Shown one piece after another: positions 11,771-23,020 of a stretch of DNA of 64,000 bases. This stretch comes from Phaeosaccion multiseriatum. Its lineage: Eukaryota > Protista > Ochrophyta, other classes. The first letter of the stretch is position 1, and the number at the start of each line of letters is the position of its first letter. The stretch is from contig OZ218950.1 of the NCBI GenBank assembly GCA_965112735.1, positions 3,534,001 through 3,598,000 of the forward strand, in the 5' to 3' direction. The translations under genes were made by a program, and so were the position numbers. The notes under the pieces are model-generated. The model had not been told where the DNA came from and did not search any database. It saw only the letters and a program-made list of their open reading frames with translations.

Positions 11771-12601
11771 TCACGTAATGACGCAGCACCCTCCTTCCCG
11801 GTACTGCCCATCCTCAACGTAGTCCATGTTCCGCCTCGAATAGTGCAGATTCTCACTAAAGGCCACAAAGTCCATGTTCTCGCCCACCTCGTCAGCGTAC
11901 ACAACCCGTCTGCCGACCACGAGTTTCCCGTCTGGGGTGTACATATCTTCTGTCGACGACATTGGTGGCCAGGTCTGGTCATGGTAGTCGTCCATTTGAC
12001 GACCCAAGCTGCCCTCTTGGCCGTCCTCGGCACCGAAGAGATCGTCACCATTTCCTCCATACAGATCCTCCCGCACAGGCTCGGACATGCTCGATTGTCT
12101 GGAGTTGGCTGATGCCGGAGATTCACCCGAAGCTGTTCGTTGCAAGAGTTTTCTAGAGGAGCTATTCTCTGGGCCCGTACGGCCGCCGCTCGTCCTTTCC
12201 TCCTCTTCCTCCCCTTCTTCACTCCTATAAGTATCATCTTCCTCTCCTGCTATTCTTCCCTCAATGGTGTCTCTATCTGCTTGCGTCCGCCCATCTATTG
12301 CTCCGCTGACTGCAGAGTCTTTCTCTAATGCTGTTGACGCCTCTACCGCTAGCGCTGTTGTTTCTCTATCTTCGCCCTCCGGCCCCGCCGTAGGTCCTCC
12401 CCCAAGCAACGGTGGTCCCCTCGCTTGGTCTTGATGAGCTGAAGCGCCATCCTGCTCTTCCTCATGACCGTTCTTCACGTGGTAGCCGTCCGAGTTTGCA
12501 CCCTTCTCCTTGCATTCGATGGTGTTCGAGAATGGGATATCGTCTTCCACTGGCACCACGGAAGTCATCGCCTGGCCACGACCAAGCGTGCTCGCCTGCA
12601 C
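11771..12601 (-). CDS. Acidic low-complexity protein ending in a CaaX box (GGCCVIT*); 5' part disrupted or unresolved
   Basis: 276-codon open frame, D/E-rich, with RRVVYADEVG and terminal CCVIT-stop. Upstream coding-like sequence (12600-13120) does not splice cleanly into frame. Confidence 0.5.
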   Translation of the reverse strand: MQASTLGRGQAMTSVVPVEDDIPFSNTIECKEKGANSDGYHVKNGHEEEQDGASAHQDQARGPPLLGGGPTAGPEGEDRETTALAVEASTALEKDSAVSGAIDGRTQADRDTIEGRIAGEEDDTYRSEEGEEEEERTSGGRTGPENSSSRKLLQRTASGESPASANSRQSSMSEPVREDLYGGNGDDLFGAEDGQEGSLGRQMDDYHDQTWPPMSSTEDMYTPDGKLVVGRRVVYADEVGENMDFVAFSENLHYSRRNMDYVEDGQYREGGCCVIT

Positions 12602-13289
12602 CCCTTCTCAATAAATGTGCTCTTTCGGATAGAAATGCGGTGGCCTGATCGGCTTGGCTCTTTTCCCATCGACGAATACTGGCTGGTGAAGACAATAGGA
12701 GGTGCACCTTGGCGAGACGGGAGTCAAGGAATCCGGAATTAACCGCTTCTTCTCCTTCACTTCTGCATCAACAACAAGACGCTCTGGCTTTCAGCCCCTC
12801 CTTGTCCTGCCCCCTACAGATGGAGGTGGCCTTCTCCCTCCCTCGCTGCTGGCATCCCAGCTGCAGTCAAGTTGAGTATTTAAGCTCCATTGTCTTGCCC
12901 CGCACACCCTGCTGCACCTTCGATGTCTGTGCTCCTGCCCTTCCCCCTTGATGCTGCACTTGTTCCCTGCTGTGCTGAAGGAACTTGCCGGATCGAAGGC
13001 GGAGTAAAAAAAAAAAACGTGTTAGAAGTACATGTCTCTGCTCCTTCGTAGATGGTCCCTCCTCCTCGGTGCTGCTGTATGAAGGTGCCGGTACAATGGT
13101 GTCCCAAGGTTTTCCTGCTCCTCTTATTTACTCTCTGCGTCTGGCTCTAGGCGGGCGGCACGACGGTTCGGGCAAAAAAACCGTTACGGATGGCAGATGA
13201 TGGAAAAAAACGGCGCAAGTCGGACACGACATTGACAAGATTTACATAAGTAACCGGAGTTCTGTCGTTTGGCTTCAATGCTCTATGGG

Positions 13290-13427
13290 ACACTTGGGCG
13301 CGCTCCGGGCCAGCCCAGGGGCAAGTTCCCCCCCTCGGCCTACGTCTAGGCAGCCGCCCTTTGCCGCGGGCCTACGGCCCTCTCCAGGCTGCACAATTTC
13401 CAAAATAGGCTTAGGCCGCTAGGCGTG
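13290..13427 (-). mobile_element. Truncated, diverged relative of MITE family C
   Basis: CACTTGGGCG..CCGGGCCAGCCCAGGGGCA...GGGCCTACGGCCCTC...CAATTTCCAAAATAGGCTTAGGCCGCTAGGCGTG matches 11340-11540; the terminal GGGGCCGA is missing. Confidence 0.75.
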
Positions 13428-13732
13428 TCTGGTTTTGCGTCAGCACTGGGGCAGGACTGCACAGGCAGCTTCGCCCCCCCTATCCTTCAAGCTGTGAGGG
13501 TGAGGGTATCAGTGCTCCACCGAGCCATGTCCTAGTCTACCCTTGATGCTGTGAGGGTGACGTGCTCAGTGCTCAATCAGAGCAATGTTTCTGCGAGCGG
13601 TGGCAGCCAAAGTCCAAGCAGTCTCCGAGCTCGGAGTGGCGTGCGCAGACCACAGATATGTACTCCCCTCATGCACTACCGGCTCAAGTCAATGACCTTG
13701 TGTGCCGCATAAGCAGGCAGGCTGGCACGTCA

Positions 13733-16700
13733 TCACGATGGGCCGGTGAAGAAGGGGGCAGCTGCGCGAGAGGGCAGAGCTGACAGGATGGCGTGGTGGG
13801 CAGCCTTGGTGTGGGCGACTCCCGCTTCTCGGAGAGCCAGACCCAGGCGGAATGTGGGGTCCTTCAATACCTGGTGGCCCAGGGGAGGGAGAGCGAGAAG
13901 GCGGGAAGAATGAGAATAAAGAATGAGAATACGAAGCTTGGGAGAATACTTCAGGGTGTGAGAGAGAGGGGACACCACAAAGGGCTAGCCCGAGACGGAG
14001 AGAAGGAGAGAATCGAGCAGAATCACTTCAGTGCTGTAGTCCCGGCCCCGAGCGCACTCGTCGAAGAAAGCCCAGCGGCGGCCCGCCTCCACCCGCACGC
14101 CCGCACGCACGCACCCACAAACTCACCCGTTTGGAGTCATAGCCCAGCATGGGAGCGTGTCCACGCGCGCGCTCCATGGTTTGGAAGCCCTGCTGGTGCG
14201 CGAGGACTGCGGCAGTGATATGATCGAGCTTGGCCTTGGCGTTGACGACCCTGTCGTAGTACGGCACACTCTCCGCGATGCTCTGCAGCACCTCTGCTCG
14301 CCTGGCCTCGAGCTCGTCCAGGGTTCTTTGCCGAGCAAGCTGAGAGGAGGAAGAGGGAGGATACAGGACGTGCCATCACGAGCGAAGGGGTCAGTGGAAG
14401 CCCCCACACCCTCCCCGCTCGATCCATACATGCGCAGTCATCATGCACTCTCCCGTCATGTGGCACCTCTACCGCCTTCCGCCACCGCTCCTTCACACCC
14501 CTCTCACCTTTTCGTCTTCCTTCTTCTCCGCTAGGCTCTTTCGATAGACCACCCGCTGCAGATTCACAGGCTGTCGACGACTCCTCTCCTCCTCCTCCGC
14601 CCTTCCCTGCGCCGCCTCTCTCCTCCGCTCCTCCTCTCTGACCTTCTCCAGCTGCCTCCTGTAGTCGTCCAGACGTCGCTTATTCCTCTCCATCTCCTCC
14701 GCCCTCTTCTGCTCGGCCGCACTGAGAAGAGCTCGCTGCTCGGAGGCCGCTGTTGCAGCCTGGGTCGCCTGCTCTGCCTCTCGCTCGCGCTGCTCTTCGT
14801 GATATCTCTCCAGCTGGGGGGAAACAGCCACCGAATATCGAGACCGGACAGGACAAGACAAGAGGAGAGAAGATGAGAGGAGAGGAGAGGAGAGGAGAGC
14901 AGCATACGGCTGATAAGAGGCTAGAGATGATCGAGCCGCCTGGAAAGAGGAAAGAATTAATTACGAGTACAAGTGCGCACGGAAAGACGACACGTCCACA
15001 CGGGTTGTACCTACCTGGCTGTGAAGTGCTGCTTGCCGAGCATTCCTCCTCTCTAGCTCCTGGAAAGCCGTCGAGGAGAGACCGGACGTGCAGGAGAAGC
15101 AAGTGGCCGCAGTGGCGGTCAGAAAGACAAGATGGACAGAGGAAATAGTACATGTCGATGATCGCTTGTGGCACTGGCTGAGAGGGACTGAGAGGCCGAC
15201 TCTACGGATGAAGCGTCATTCGGGTGGTGACTGAGCACCGAGAAGACACACACACACGCAAGAAGCATGCACGCGCTTTCTGTCCGTCCTTTTGGTACTT
15301 TTCTACTGCGGTCTGGGGCAGAGCTGGCTGGCTCGTGTTTTGGCTGGCTCACTGACTGACCTGCACCCTTTCTTGTGCAGCCTCGGCGTCCAACCGGGCC
15401 TTCTCGGCCGCGTCCTTGGCCCAGGCCACGAGTTCACCCACCACACGCTCGTGATGGGCAAGCTGCGCCTTTCTGCGCGACATGAAGTACGTCCACGCTC
15501 TGCGGCACAAGGCAAGAGGAAGAGCGAGAGCCACGCGGGGAGGGGGGGGGGAGGGCAGGAGGAGCGACGGATGAGAGTTGGGCAGCTGGGGATGAGGGGC
15601 GGGTGGAGGCGGGGACGGGGGTGAATAGAGAGCAGAGAGGAGATGACGAGATGTGGGGAGATGCCCACTCTCACTAAAACATTGTACACGGGGGAGGAGT
15701 ATTCACTCCATCTGTCCTTAGGATGGAGGGCTTGTCCTCCCCCCGGCTGCCCTTCTTGGGAATGCCCTTCGACTGACTTTCTGCCAGTAGGAGCGAAGCA
15801 CCCCCCCGCCCTTCCCCTTACACTCCAAGCGCAAGTTGTTGCACTGTGTGTACACCCACCCCGACCTACCTGTACCACTTTTCGTGTCTCATAATCTCGG
15901 CTTCGGTCCGGTGTGGTAGCTCCACCACGAGCCTGGCCCGGAGGCCCTTGGCCCCGGTGCTCCTCCCCTTGAAGGCATTAGCGAGCTTCTGAAAGCGAAA
16001 ATGCTCTTCAGCCTCCCTGTGGGAGTTGTGGAAAGTCATTCAATGGGGGCAGCGGGTGAAGAGCCGAATCAATTTGAAGTGCCCCCTCCTCCCTCAGCAC
16101 CCTATCTATCTGCCCACATATGGGACCCCTCCCAATCCCTTATCAGAGCGCTCCCTTAATGACGAGAGCGTTGCATCTTGTCTCTGCAGCCCCCCCCCCC
16201 TCTTCCCTGGAGGGCCCATTGCCCCCCGAGCCTGGACAACCAATCAATCCACCAGCAATTCACCCATCACCCTTTCTGCCTGCAGTGCTCCATCAGGGGC
16301 CAGAAAAGGACGAGGCAAGACGACTCCACCACTCTCGCACTCACCACCCGCCGCACTTGTCCCGCGCCAGGTCCTCAGCTCCAGCCGCGTCCGCTGCAGC
16401 TGCCTTGTCCACAAAACTCGTCTCCAGTGCCTTGAGTACAGCCGCGTGAGCTCGGCAAAGCTCTTGCCAGCGATGCACGAGCTCCAGACCCACAAGCCTC
16501 TCTGCCACGTCATCGCAGAGCTCAACATTCCGACCTGCATGCTCTTTCCTTGCCTCACCACTACCGTCGGCAGTCGCAGGAGCAGCAGCATCTTGTCCAC
16601 CGCTATCGTGCGCCGGTACCTCTGGAGAACCGGACTCTGGCACCTGCTGCTCATTATGTAGGCATCCTCCAAGCACGTTCGATATGTCCAAGCCTACTCT

Positions 16701-17791
16701 GTTCAGGATTGCGGCCGCATCCGGGGTTCGCTGCAGTGCTAACATGGCTCCTATACAGCTCTTTGCCTGTGAGGGAGAGAGAGAGAGACCAGAAGTTTGA
16801 AGGGTGAGAAGGAGAGATGGGGGAAAGATTGACTTGAAGGCCAAAAGCGCTCGGAAAGCGACGCGGCAGTGGAAAAGGGAGTTAGAAAGGCAGAGGAAAG
16901 CATCGTCTCGCCCCCACCCCAATCCAACTCTTCACTCTTCCATTCGAGGGCCAAAGCATCACTTAATGTCGCTCATACCTCGGCGAGCTCCTGTGTTGCT
17001 TCTTCCTCCTCCCTTGCGAGCACCTCCCCTTCCGCAGTATGCTCCGCTCGAAGCTGCAGCAAGAAGCGAGCGGCATACGATGCCGTTGCCTGGAGCATGT
17101 CCCTGTCCTCTGCTCCTTTGTCTCTCACCCCCCCGTGGCCCGCCCCACCCTCCTCCTCTTCCTCTTGCTCTTGCTCCCGCCGCTGCTGCCGCGGCGGTTT
17201 GAGAACCGCAAGAAGACTTCGCAGCTCCTGCCTCTGCTTCAGGCGGAGAAAAGCAGTCGCCGACCTTTCCCTCTCTCTGGACCGGTCCAGCTCCAGGTCG
17301 CGACGAATCACTTCCCCTGTCTCACTACTGCTGCCACTACACTCATCCCTCTCGCCACAATCTTCTGCGCCGCTGACAGTACAAGCTCGTCGCCCGGCAG
17401 CATAGCCATCTCGCAGACACACTCTCGCATCAGCAGTCCCCATCATGTCGTCTGCCACTGCTGCCACATCTCTCTCAGTCGCTTTGAGAAGCTGCATGAT
17501 CTGACCGTACTCCTCCCTCCAATCCTGCTTGTGCCTCGCTCTCATACTCCGCTGCCGATGGCCCTTCTTGAAGGCGTCAAGCTTGTGGAGGACAGAGTCG
17601 TAGCGCTGCCCTCCCTCCAGCGCCCCCGCTGCCGCTTGCTCCAGGCCTTCGCTCGGCGACCTCCCTCTGGCCAGGGCAAGACTGCGAGAGAATGAGCCCA
17701 TCCGATAAGAGACTGCCTCAGCATCGCGGCCCGCCTCTTCAGGTGGAATACCAGGCGCAGGTTGATACTCCGAAGAGGACGTATCCTGCAT
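13733..17791 (-). CDS. CCDC148: Coiled-coil domain-containing protein 148-like (about 7 exons; start uncertain)
   Basis: Long coiled-coil exons; N-terminal HKQDWREEYGQI; C-terminal GYDSKR|VLKDPTFRLGLALREAGVAHT resembling the CCDC148 DPRLRFELALREAGLH motif. Confidence 0.7.
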
Positions 17792-17992
17792 CGTACAAGT
17801 AGTAATTTCCTCCCTCCACCTTCTTAGAAGACTCACTCCATTGAGGTGGACTTCAGAGGAATATCATGGTAGGGGAGGAGAGTGCCGATGGGCCACAGCT
17901 TCACCACAGCTTCCTCTCCACCACATTTCCTCATCGAGTGGGTCCCAAATGAAAGAGTGAAACGGGAAAACTAAAAGTAAAAAGTAACAGGA

Positions 17993-19607
17993 ATGGAAAG
18001 GGAGAGTATTGGGAAGGGTGATAAGGGGGAAGGTCAGAAAGAAGAGATGGAAGGGGGGAGAGAAGACAGTCGACCACGCCCTCCTGGTCGACCGTCTTCA
18101 GTGCAGAAGTCCCTCGACGACTTCGCCTCGCTTTGCCTGGGGGTGGAGGTGAAGAGTGGAGTCGTGGCTGACATCGAAACGTGGGAAGCCTTCTTGGCGA
18201 GGTGTAGAGAGGAGGCAAAGAAGTATCAGCAGCTGCAGAGGAGGGAGAAGAAGAAGCCTGAGAGCGGCCTCGATGGTGGACAGTCGGGAGCTAGTGAAGG
18301 AGGTGTACTACAAGCAGCTATGGACGCTGCACAGGCTTTGGCAGCAGCAGCAGCTCTCCCCCAAGCAGCCCCGCTGGGAGGAGGAGGAGATGGAGAAGAC
18401 AACGGAGAAGAGGTGGCAGAAAAGGGGCAGAGCAAGAGTGGCGGGAGCAGCAGCGTCAGCAGCAGTAGTGGCGGTCACCTCTTTGCCCAAAGGGTGGACG
18501 CCCCGGCACCGATCGCTGCCGCGACTTCACCTATTTCGTGGCGATGGCGAGACGCGACCCGTAAGGCAAACACCATCCCCTTGGTCCGAGCCTGCAGTAT
18601 GCTTGGGAAGGGAGAGTTCACACTCGCATGCCTCCTGCGGCTCCTGCCAGCGCCTACTGTATCTGCCGATCGTCCTGAGGCGGATGGTGCTGGAGGCGCC
18701 GACGATGATGATGAGGCCTGGAGTCCAGCAGCCTTGAGAGAGCAGGTCTTGCTGGATGCAGTGCGGATGGGACAACAGGGTGTTGTGCAGTTTATGCTGC
18801 ACAGTCAGGAGCTGCCCCGCTTCCCGCCCAACGTCCTTGGCTTTGCATTCTCCGAGGCGTGCTGGCATGGCGGGACTCACACAGCGCAGCTGCTCTTGAC
18901 GCTCGCACCACAATGCAGATGGGAGGCCGCCAGGTTCTGTATGAGCGAGCGATACCACGTGCGGGAGAGGCAGGGACACATTCGGGTTATGGAATTGGCG
19001 GTGGAGTCCGCCGTGCGAGGCGGGCACTGCGACTGTGCGGCCTTCCTGGCGCGGCAGGAGGGGTCCTTGGCGCTCACCCGCGACGAGTGGACGAGGGTGT
19101 TGCGCCGCGCGCTAGCATCTACAGTGCACTCTTCGAGCTGGCTCGGGGGGGCGCCGCCAGCCTCCGCCCCCTCCTCTGCTGCCGCGGTGAGTTCGTTGTT
19201 GTCAGCACTGTTGAACAAGACATGTTGCCATGCGATTTGTGAACGCACTGTTCTTTTCATCCCAGACATGCCCTACAGTACCCTCCTCACGCCTCCCTCT
19301 GGTTCTGTGCTGGCTCCTTCCCCGCACCCCCCAGGCGAAGTCGGTGGCTTCCATTCCCATCGCCTCCTCCGCCCAAGAGCAAGCTATTCACGCCATGTGC
19401 GGAGCGAAGCCTTCTCTGCTGGCGGTGGTGAGGGGCGTGGGCGGGTGGGCCTCTTTCCAAGCCTCCTTCGGCACCACCCCGCACCCCTCCACGCTGCAAC
19501 GGACCGTCGCCTTTAACTTCTTTTCATCGCACCGAGACGGCTTGTGGCCGAGGACTGGCAAGGGGCAGGACCCACCCCGTGTGTATGTGAAGACAAGCGG
19601 CAACTGA
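17993..19607 (+). CDS. Hypothetical protein with degenerate ankyrin-like repeats (intron ~19187-19334)
   Basis: Long ORF with LLDAVRMGQQGVVQFML, FSEACWHGGTHTAQLLL, VESAVRGGHCDCAAFLA; GCG|GTGAGT donor and CCCCAG acceptor continue to TGA 19607. Confidence 0.6.
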
Positions 19608-20081
19608 AGGCTGTGTCTCGCAGTCGTCCCTCACCGTGTGCAGAGCGGGTACTTTTGCTTCTTCTGCTACTGCTGCTACTGCTGCTGCTGCTGCTGCTGC
19701 TGCTGTTTCTTCGTGAACGAGCCGGGAGCGATAGGCTCCTTCTACCACAGCAGAAACGTGTCGACCAAGTTACGCCTCTGAAGGGCTCCATCCGCGGTCT
19801 ACGTCTTCAAGCGGTGGATGCGGAAGGCCTTTGCTTTCGCCACTTTCTGCTGCTTCTACTGGTCGACACTGGGAAGCTCTGCGCAACGGGCACTCTCAGC
19901 GAGCCACGCATACGGGCCACACCCTCGGTCTCCAGCTCTTGGCTAGTAGGGCGTCTTCCAGCTTCCAAGCGAGCTTTTCCGTGCCTATGGATCCTCGAGG
20001 ACGAGGCAGCAGTGAAGCTCTGTCCTCTCCCCCTGTGCGGGCGAGAGCGGCAGAGGAGAGACGAGCAGCGCGTTGGAGCAT
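19524..20081 (-). pseudogene. Coding-like remnant of unknown identity
   Basis: One frame (MLQRAARL...EKLAWKLEDALLAK...GRHVSAVVEGAYRSRLVHEETAAAA) reads protein-like but carries two internal stops. Confidence 0.25.
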
Positions 20082-20134
20082 TCATCACACTCGGGCGAAA
20101 CGGACCCCCCCCCGCTTCTCGATAAGGCCTATGG

Positions 20135-20389
20135 TCGGCCCCCCGCAGGGCTTCTCGGGCTTCGGGCTTCTGGGCCATAGCCCCCTCCAGGCTTCGGGCT
20201 TCTGCGCCGCAGGCCAGCGGTCTGGGCTTCAGGCTTCTCAGTCTGATCTCAGGGGGGCTCAGGGGGGGGGGGGGGGAGAGATTATGCAGGCTTCTGGCCG
20301 CAGGCCAGCCCCGGGCTTCTTGCTTTCGGCCGCAGGCCGCCTCAGGCTTCTGCTTATCGGGGGGCCAGAGACGCCCTGCAGGGAGCCGA
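20135..20389. mobile_element. MITE family D (GGCTTC-motif interior, TCGG termini)
   Basis: 22-bp TIR, 19/22 identical (TCGGCCCCCCGCAGGGCTTCTC / GAGACGCCCTGCAGGGAGCCGA); perfect 6-bp TSD CTATGG (20129-20134, 20390-20395); repeated GGCTTC(G/A)GGCTTCT and CCGCAGGCC motifs. Confidence 0.88.
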
Positions 20390-21205
20390 CTATGGGGGAG
20401 CGCCAGAGCGAGGAGGGAATATATATTGACTTAAGAGGAATCACCTTAGAAACTGAAACTGAAAGTGTGTGTGTGGGTGTGTGGGTGAGACGAGAGTGTC
20501 ATGGTGAGGAGGAGGGGGGTCGCGTGCACGATTGGAGAACCAAGAGTAGACCCCGAACGGCGGAGGCCGCCGAAGCGACCGCCGCCGAACAAGGGAGAAC
20601 TCGCGCCAGGACCAACCTGCCCCGCCGCGTAAAGGGCGTTAGGAGGGACAGGCCGGCCGCCCAAGAAGGTGGGCTGCCACTGGGGGGTTCTACTAGAGTG
20701 TGTGCACGAATCCCCCCCCCTTCCCTGCCATGACCTTCCGTCCCGAGCTAAGAGGTGAGGCAGGCGGAGAAGGTTAGGTCAAACTAGGTCAGGAGCAGTT
20801 AGAAATCAGTCGTAGCAGTCCGCATCACCAAGACTTCGCCCGGAGGACAGCCAGGGGAAAAAGGCCCTCCTTGCGCTGTTGCTTGGGTCGCGAAGGAGGG
20901 AAAACCCGCACCCCGGGGAGCGCTCCTCATCGGCCGAGGCCTAGAGCGTCCGCCGGGGCAGGTCGTCGTGACGACCGTCTCTGCACTGGCTGCCCAAGAG
21001 AAATCCGTTACAGCGAGGAGGGAGTAAAAAAAAATGTGAGCTGAAACTAAAACTGGTTTTCTTTCCACGCTCCCCCGATATCCTCCCCCTCCCCCTTCCC
21101 TTCCCTTCCCTTTACTTTCCTTTCCCCACCGCCTTTCAAGCTTTACTCAGCCCTACTACCACCTCTACCTCCTCCCTTTCTCAAAGTACTCGCTTGATCG
21201 ACACC

Positions 21206-22209
21206 ATGGTCTCAATTACCGAAAGCATGCCCCTGGAAGCAGACTCGCTCCTCCCCGAGACCAAAGGCCTGAGAAAAGGAAGCTGGGGTCGCTGGGCGCT
21301 CGTCTTATTCCTCACCGGTGTAGTGGGAGTTTTCGCCAAGACGGTTCTGTACGCCGACCGCGCCAAGGCCACTCCGGATTTCCTCAGCTCGAACGGTATC
21401 CAGCTGTCGGTGGACACGTGTGACGATTGCACTTTCGCAGAGTGTTACAGGGCACAGTGCGACATCTTCCTCTCTCCGTACGTTTGTACCAAAGGACCGA
21501 GCCTGTGGGGATGTTCTGGGGAGTCCACGGTGAGAAAGAGGGGATGCAGGGCAATGGGCGCGGTGGATTGGTGGTACTTAAAGAAGATTTGTTCCCCTAC
21601 AGAGAGCAAGAGAGGGGGGGTGAGAGCATCTCTCAGGTGCTGCTTCTCCACACTTCCCGATCTTTCGCTACTTTATTTTCTGAGTGTAAGCCGATCGCTG
21701 ATCGCTACGGAAGGAAAGCCGCACTCCGGTCGGTACCTGACCTCCATCCTGTCCGCTTGGTCCTTGGCATGTTCCTCCTGTCATAGGCCTGGATCGGAGG
21801 CAACTGCGAAGCCTGTTGCTCCATGACAAACTGCGGAGAGACTATCCAGGCGGGAGGTGATATTGAGGGAACTTCGTGCGAGTCCTGCACAGAGAAAGAG
21901 GTGCGTGTGTGTGAGACGAGAGAGGGGAGACCAGAAACGGGGGCTGGCATACTAGGCGGCCAAAAACCCCTTTGGCCCTGACTCTGATGAGCCCTCTCAC
22001 ACCCTCAAGCCCCCCCCCCTCCGCTTGGTCCTTGCCCTGCCGCGCTGTTGTCTCAGTGCAACACCCTTGGCGAACAGCGCTGTGGCTCGGCTTCGCCATA
22101 CGTGTGCCTCGACGGCAGTGCCCGCTTCGGCTGCGCGGCGGACAAGTACTCGTGGGCTGCTGCGCCCGACACTATGTGCAGCTCTTGCTGCGACTCATCC
22201 TCCTGTTAA
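21206..22209 (+). CDS. Type II membrane protein with two tandem Cys-rich domains (exons 21206-21529, 21787-21900, 22057-22209)
   Basis: Phase-0 GT-AG introns join a 196-aa protein with TM WALVLFLTGVVGVFA and two CxxC...C...C..SPYVC.......GC......W....CxxCC....C repeats. Confidence 0.8.
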
Positions 22210-23020
22210 GTAGCCTCTTGGGATGAGCGATGATGGAGGAAGGGGTGGCGCTGGGTGGTGCGCGGGTAGCGAGAGGAGCAGCGAAATCACCAGCCAGCCT
22301 GGGCGAAGGCAAGTATCGAAAGGAGAAAAGTCGTGGCACCATCCTGAGTGCATCCATTGGCCTTGGCAGGGCAGGTGGGTGGAAGGCACAGGAGCACAAC
22401 CACGAGTAATAGTAGGAGAGCAGAGAAGGGGGGAGGTATGCAAGTTTTAACGCGACAGATGCGGAGGGGCGTGAAATGAGAGACCGCACACGCAGATTTC
22501 GTCCACAGTGTACCCACAGCACGACACAATAAAAGGATGTCTTTAGGATAAGGAAGGAGAAACATATTTTGTTTAGGGAGGGGAGGGGGCAAAGGGCGAC
22601 CAAGGCAGGAGAGGTACAGGCAAGAGGTGTGTGCTACTGCGGCTTGATGGGAACAGGGTTTATGATGCCAACCGGGCTCCTCAGCTACGAATCGTAGAAG
22701 GGCAGAGCATGGAGGGGCTCCTCGCTAACAGGGTATTCAGAGCGAGTACGGTACAGTAGCAACCTGATAAAAATAGGAGTCGTTAAAGAAGAAGTTGTAG
22801 TAGCTCTTTACCTCGAGTGCTGTGCGTTGGCTTTACATCCCCCTGTGCATGTATGCCCCCAGTCGTTCCCGAGAAAGGAGTAGGGTTTGTCGACCTCAGG
22901 ACTGGCATGAGAGCGAATATATACACCCAAAATTGCGCTTCAGATGATAGTGATGAAGGGAAATAAGACGCTTACTTTGAGCAGCCGCCTGTCTGCCTTC
23001 GTGCCGGCGCTGCATCACCT

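Noticed and set aside
13145-13426. Sixth TSD-bounded element (GTCTGG at 13139-13144 and 13427-13432)
   Set aside because: The TCGG/CCGA termini are absent, so the hexamer match may be chance; kept only as a truncated family C relative.
19600-20000. TAG-to-Gln recoding or RIP-like CAG>TAG mutation (one minus frame has many TAG stops amid CAG runs)
   Set aside because: Intact genes here end in TAG (PDE, NEF1, bZIP, PDCD2), and the pattern is explained as the shadow of GCA/GTA (Ala/Val) codons in another frame.
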